7,956 nucleotides of DNA from Trichoplax adhaerens. Lineage: Eukaryota > Animalia > Placozoa. The notes under the pieces are model-generated. The model had not been told where the DNA came from. It was given only the letters and a program-made list of their open reading frames with translations, and ran no database searches. Where the stretch lies: NCBI RefSeq assembly GCF_000150275.1, contig NW_002060968.1:786378-794333 (forward strand). The letters are read 5' to 3'. A program made the position numbers and the translations under genes. This document shows, in pieces, positions 1 to 5,249 of the stretch. The stretch's first letter is position 1. Every line of letters starts with the position of its first letter.

Positions 1-150
1 TAGATTAGGCAATTGCTCTCGGGCTACTTCTATAGTAATCTATATAATACCTTGTAAAATAATGAAGAAGAAAAGATGGCGACATGATGATTTGGCAGGG
101 TAAAATTTAAAGACACTATCACTTTCTAGGTATTTTCTATAGTAAAATAG

Positions 151-205
151 TACTAGTTACGTACTAAAAGCTATTAAGAACTCTACTTTTAGTCCTTTAC
201 TACAT
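151..205. repeat. 55-bp imperfect hairpin sequence, repeated in inverted orientation at 1891-1945
   Basis: The reverse complement of 151-205 matches 1891-1945 at 48/55 positions without gaps. Internal arms tagttacgtactaaaag and cttttagtcctttacta pair at 14/17. Confidence 0.88.
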
Positions 206-784
206 ATTATTAGACTATCCAACTATCATTCTGAAGTACTCTAAATTAAAATAGCAATCAAACATACATCATAAGATAAATTATGCCCTAGATACTTGGA
301 AACTACTAAATTAATATAAGAACACTTTAGACCGAAATTGCATATTTTTACAGTATACAATAAAACAAAACAACAATCTTACATTACCACCCAGATGAAA
401 CGCCAAGGTTCATTCTGTATTAAACTACAAAGTAACATTAACTCCTACTGTAATTATTTAATGATAAAAATTAGCACATATACATTCTATTAACTAAATA
501 CATCATTTGAATTACAGCTCACTATATCTGATTCTTTACAAGAATTATGCGGATGATTATCTTAAATTCTAACCTGAAAAAAGCAGCCGGGTTGAAAATA
601 TACCAAGAAATCAAGTAAAATTACTGTTATAATCAACCAAATAAGTCATATTTTTAAAGCTGGAATACTTATTGTGATACAAAAACTAAGCTAGAATAAT
701 TACAATAATAGATATTGAATGAGAATTCTAAAAATTAATCTTCATTACTCTAAGACGAAACATCTTCCAATTGTTTCTGTATAA

Positions 785-1379
785 AACGACATTATACGAG
801 TATCTATCAATGCCTCTTTCGCCAATATTTGGAGTACAGTCGTTTGTATAATCATAATCTTAAAGGAATTAATTTTTTCAGATTATCACAAAAAACGATG
901 GCGGAGCTATCATTCCTCGGTTGTTTTTAAATTGTTTTTAATGGAAACGGTATGTTTTTCAGATTTTAGTTAAAATGATCTAATCCTAAAATTTTACTGC
1001 ATGAGTAACACTTTTGTGAATTCTCCAGATGTAACCGCAATATTAAAATAGGTATACACACATGTGATACTGTATACCTGAAATGATTATAAAATGAATA
1101 ATAAAAACACTTCAAGATTGGACGCAGTTGGAATGTTCTTAAAATTAATCGATAGATAAGGGATTTTATAGTAAATTAAATTAAAAGACTTTCTATAATT
1201 TAGAAAAGTTAGCAATAAGCTGATCGCGAGTTACAGAATAGAGATCATAAAGAGCATTACATAAGTTTTAATTATTAGAAAATCATTATTATTCAAATTT
1301 TAATGATGCTAAAGGACCTTAAATGCTTTCATTTATTTCAAAATTGTTAGTAACTTGAGTGTTCGCTTTAAAACAATTT
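785..1379 (+). pseudogene. Degraded membrane-protein frame, tentatively TM1-TM4 of a class A (LGR-like) GPCR
   Basis: Frame +2 reads NDIIRVSINASFANIWSTVVCIIIILK...LFLMETVCFSDF. It then has a TGA at 1079, exactly 25 codons before the R of IDR-TAA (1148-1159), which matches C3.25/DRY spacing. Many stops are present. Assignment is by eye only. Confidence 0.35.
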
Positions 1380-1384
1380 AAGAG

Positions 1385-2102
1385 TGCCATAAAACAGCTT
1401 TGCAACAAGATAACGTAATGTACGGTCAATTCATTGAACCACGTATCAAGGAACGATATCTCCACTATCACAAACACTTTTGCTCTACTAGCAGACTACA
1501 CAAAGACTTAGACGCCTCGTATTTTACGTTAATCACTAAGTTTGAGAATCCTCTTTATTACACGATATATTGCATTTATATACTATTCCTTAATAGTTCA
1601 TGAGTTATAGTTAATACAATTAACATTACAATCATTTACTGAATTATATAATAATTTTAGCTACTGCTCCCTTATTGCAGACAACAGTATTTACGAACAA
1701 AGACATCTGATGACTAATACATAATAATCAGATTACGATATGTCCTATCACGGAACATTTCCACGATAATTTACAATCTACCATGAGTAAGTTACAATCA
1801 CAATCATTCGGACTGTAAGTAGATGATTTGCATTCCCTATTATAACTATTAATTTCAGTATGTGTATATGTGTCACTGTCATAAAAAGTCATGTAGTAAA
1901 GGACAAAAAATAGAGTCCTCTGTAGCTTTTAGTACGTGACTAGTATATATTCAGTATGTGTATAAGTGTCACTGTTGTAAAAAGTCAGTGCTATATTAAA
2001 AAAAAGTATATCCAAATTAGAAGTTAACTAAATAAGGATAGGCTAACAGGATTATCCTAACATAGATATTTCTACTCTAATACAGTATTTAAAACTGTCA
2101 CA
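1385..2102 (+). mobile_element. Putative solo LTR, copy A (more diverged; internal 96-bp duplication plus insertion)
   Basis: Colinear with copy B along its full length. Termini TGCCATA...TGTCACA. Flanks AAGAG (1380-1384) and AATAG (2103-2107) form a 5-bp TSD with one mismatch. Confidence 0.75.
1854..1987 (+). repeat. 38-bp direct duplication (1854-1891 and 1950-1987) flanking an inserted segment
   Basis: ttcagtatgtgtatatgtgtcactgtcataaaaagtca vs ttcagtatgtgtataagtgtcactgttgtaaaaagtca, 35/38 identical. Copies B and C have this segment only once. Confidence 0.9.
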
Positions 2103-2107
2103 AATAG

Positions 2108-2900
2108 ATACGTTTTGAAAGTTCAAAGCATAAGAGGATTAGTTAAATTTTAAATTCTTTAATATAGGGAAGACTACTTCTTTCATTTCTCACTACGCAT
2201 GTATATTAATAATTTATGTAATAAATTTGTCGCATGTCCTGTGGTAATATCAATTAGTAATAGTATTGTAAGCGTTGTTATGAAGTTTTTCAGCTCTCAG
2301 TTCGTCTTAAAATCCGAATACCGAGAAAAGCATATGAAATAATTCAAATTTAAATTGCAATGCCACAAGTACCTGTATGACACAAAAAAATAAGTTACTT
2401 ATAGTATATTTTATTTCAGTCAGCACTACTTCTTCCCTATGCAACTGTACTGTAACTAGAATCTTTACGAAGTATACATGCACTAGTGCGTAAGACAATA
2501 AGTATGTAATGTCACTCTCACACATTTTATTGATGATTACCCAACTTATGCGTATATACTTTATCAGTAGTTGTAAACACATTTACTATAATATCAGCAT
2601 ATCTTTATTAACACTGATGTCGTTACAATTGAGTTATCATATACTGATACATGAACTAAAAATCAATTTCATACATAAGTTTACCTCTGTTGTGAGCCCT
2701 ATAAAGTTCCTTCATTTCAATGACCTAATTGAGATTTATTTCTATTCCGTCATAATATCGTTTAGATTTACTTTATTGCTAACAATAAAAATCTTTTTAA
2801 AAAGCGCTTTATATTTCTATTAACCTCAAACAAAAAGTCATGGTAAGCTATATCCATATCGTACTTACTTTCATAACTGTTACAAGTTAATATACAAATT
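2108..2900 (+). pseudogene. Degraded hydrophobic coding relic; probable continuation of the 785-1379 relic after LTR A (TM5-TM7-like plus extra region)
   Basis: HYACILIIYVIN-(frameshift)-FVACPVVISIS at about 2191-2260, then LLIVYFISVSTTSSLC, then NLCVYTL at 2543-2563. 2629-2793 aligns without gaps to 4580-4744: 25/55 identical residues, 10 of them encoded by different synonymous codons. Former coding status is well supported; the GPCR identity is weaker. Confidence 0.5.
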
Positions 2901-3299
2901 TTAAGACCGCATAATCAGCTGTTCTACTAGCGAAATTTTCCATGCAAATTCATACCAGTCTTACAACAAATGATAGAGTAGCCTATAAAAGTTTTTCAAA
3001 GATAAATTGATTTAATTAAGATTTTCAATGTAATTTCACTCTGATTACTTCCGTGCTATATGAAGATATGGTGCTTTTCATTTTTATTCCTATCTAGATT
3101 TATTAATAAATATTATAATGAAAGAAGTGCTAGTGATAGAGAAGACTATTATAAGAAACTTAAAAATATAAGTTCATTCCAATTAATATTCGGAGAACGG
3201 GGCCATCTTTAGTTTTGTTTCATTTCTAATCCTTATTTATTACTGAAGTCTATAATCAAAAAGATGTAAGTAACTGTCATGCGTAACGAATTATAGTCC

Positions 3300-3930
3300 T
3301 GTCACAAAACAGCTTTGCAACAAGATAACGTAATGTACGATCAATAAGTCAATTCCTTGAACCACGTATCAAGGAACGATATCTCCACTATCACAAACAC
3401 TTTTGCTCTACTAGCAGACTACACAAAGACTTAAACGCCTCGTATTTTACGTTAAACACTAAGTTGGAGAATTCTTCTTTATTTCGCGATATACTGCATT
3501 TATATACTACTCCTCAATAGTTCATGAGTCATAGTTAATACAATTAACATTAGAATCATTTACTGAATTAGATATTAATTTTAGCTACTGCTCCCTTAAT
3601 GCAGACAACAGTATTTACCAACATAGACATGTAATGACTAATACAGAATAGTCAGATTACGATATGTCCTATCACGGAACATTTCCATGATAATTTACAG
3701 TCGACCATAAGTAAATTACAATCACAATGATTCGAACTGTAAGCAGATGATTTGCATTCCCTATTATAACTATTAATTTCAGAATGTGTATAAGTGTCAC
3801 TGTGATAAAAAGTCAATGCTATATTAAAACACAGTATCTCCAAATTAGAAGTTAACTAAATAAGGATAGTCTAACAGAATTATCCTAACATAGATATTTC
3901 TACTGTAATACAGTATTTAACACTGTAACA
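3300..3930 (+). mobile_element. Putative solo LTR, copy B (631 bp, complete)
   Basis: Termini TGTCACA...TGTAACA (6/7 inverted repeat). Perfect 5-bp direct repeat AGTCC at 3295-3299 and 3931-3935. Similarity to copies A and C stops at these termini. No TGG primer-binding site or polypurine tract is adjacent. Strand is tentative, based on an ATTAAA about 105 bp from the right end. Confidence 0.8.
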
Positions 3931-4035
3931 AGTCCTTATAAGAATAATTGTAACTACGAAATCGAAGACGACTTAGTTACATACTGTCACGGTACGAACT
4001 ACCGTGAAGAAATAGCTATCTAAATTTGGTTAATA

Positions 4036-4085
4036 NNNNNNNNNNNNNNNNNNNNNNNNNNNNNNNNNNNNNNNNNNNNNNNNNN
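4036..4085. other. Assembly gap (50 N)
   Basis: Run of 50 N. Both gaps have the same length, which suggests a placeholder size. Confidence 0.98.
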
Positions 4086-4190
4086 AGTAGTATTCGGCTA
4101 GAGTAGAGCTGTGTAGTTAATCTTTGTATAAGATTGAATAAAGCCCTTATTTTTCTAAAATTTGGAATTTCGTGATTGGTATATATCACA
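4086..4190 (+). mobile_element. Possible 3' end of a second, unrelated LTR-like element
   Basis: AATAAA at 4137-4142, then a T-rich tract and a terminal ...ATATCACA exactly where copy C begins. The left boundary is hidden by the gap and no TSD is visible. Confidence 0.4.
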
Positions 4191-4488
4191 AACGACTAAT
4201 ACAGAATAGTCAGATTACGATATGTCCTATCACGGAACATTTCCATGATAATTTACAGTCTACCATAAGTAAATTACAATCACAATGATTCGAATTGTAA
4301 GTAGATGATTTACTTTCCCTATTATTGCTATTAATTTCAGTATGTGTATAAGTGTCACTGTGATAAAAAGTCAATGCTATATTAAAACGCAGTATATCCA
4401 AATTAGAAGTTAACTAAATAAGGATAGTCTAACAGAATTATCCAAACATAGATATTTCTACTGTAATACAGTATTTAACACTGTAACA
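4191..4488 (+). mobile_element. 3' half of the same LTR family, copy C (5'-truncated)
   Basis: Ungapped alignment to 3633-3930 of copy B with 12 mismatches in 298 bp by hand count. Ends in the same TGTAACA terminus. Confidence 0.75.
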
Positions 4489-4850
4489 TGATCACAGTCC
4501 TTCTTATATGCTTATTCAGTGGTTATAAACATATTTACGATGCCATATACATATTTCAATAAGATGCATGCTATTATGATTGAATTATCAAATACGGCCA
4601 TTCGAGGTAATAAGCAATTTCATACATAAATCTATTTATACTGTAAGCCCTATCAATCTGCTATATTCTCAATACTTACTTGCAATATATCACTATATCA
4701 TCACAACATCATATAAACTTAGCTTATTACTAACAATAACAATTCCTAAAGTAGTAGTTTATACTTCTGAGAAGTTCAAAACAAAATATTATCGTAAACT
4801 GCACATCTATATCTAAGTTATTTTGATGGCCGTGACAATTAGACGGTTCA
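4489..4850 (+). pseudogene. Paralogous fragment of the 2540-2900 coding relic
   Basis: Diverged homology to about 2540-2900 (for example aatttcatacataa, agccctat, ctaacaataa). It has an in-frame TGA at 4577-4579 and a 1-nt offset relative to the paralog near 4555-4565, and is cut on the left by LTR copy C. Confidence 0.5.
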
Positions 4851-4963
4851 CAATTACCTAGATTGGCAAGTCTGATTATAGAAATTATTTTAAAGTTGTT
4901 TCAAATAAGTTTTGGACTAGTGTACGTGCTATTAAAAAAGATACTGATCTTGTAGTAAATTCT

Positions 4964-5013
4964 NNNNNNNNNNNNNNNNNNNNNNNNNNNNNNNNNNNNN
5001 NNNNNNNNNNNNN
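4964..5013. other. Assembly gap (50 N)
   Basis: Run of 50 N. Confidence 0.98.
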
Positions 5014-5179
5014 TTGTGTATATAGGGTCGTAGCTAATATCTTTAATATGCACTCTGTAAACACAAAACTAGTCCCTACTATTCTCCATCGTTTAAAAAA
5101 CTGGATACTTTACAGATATCAGCTAAAAATATTAAAGAAATCAGTTATTCATCAATTTTAATATTTTAATTTTATCTAG

Positions 5180-5249
5180 TTCCGCCAAAATGTGTCCGAT
5201 ATTATCCAATCTCATCATGACGATTACTTTCTTCTTCGATGGCTGAAAG
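5180..5249 (+). CDS. SEC14L2: SEC14-like exon (first visible; CRAL-TRIO N-terminal domain), 70 nt
   Basis: ttttatctag acceptor and GTTTAT donor at 5250; encodes FRQNVSDIIQSHHDDYFLLRWLK plus 1 nt. Confidence 0.93.

Noticed and set aside
1400-1603. 67-aa ORF with TTG start
   Set aside because: Inside LTR copy A. Copy B has a small non-triplet insertion near 3340 that breaks the frame, and there is no recognisable domain.
1681-1814. Exon-like segment (ttgcag...gtaagt) with vaguely LRR-like translation LIHNNQITICP
   Set aside because: In-frame stops occur in all copies (TGA TGA in A; TAA TGA plus a later TGA in B; TGA in C). The TSD-bounded LTR explanation accounts for the repeat better. Some third-position bias was noticed but is too slight to rely on.
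2307-2582. 91-aa minus-strand ORF
   Set aside because: Antisense shadow of the decayed plus-strand coding relic; the synonymous-substitution pattern nearby supports the + strand.
3652-3843. 63-aa minus-strand ORF repeated at 4210-4401, as a candidate small duplicated gene
   Set aside because: It lies wholly inside the LTR-like repeat. The two copies differ by 7 amino acids with almost no synonymous changes, and copy A is disrupted, so there is no sign of coding constraint.
1385-3930. Copies A and B as the paired LTRs of one retroelement or TRIM
   Set aside because: Each copy has its own TSD, the outer flanks (AAGAG vs AGTCC) do not match, there is no PBS or PPT, and the interior is not gag/pol-like.
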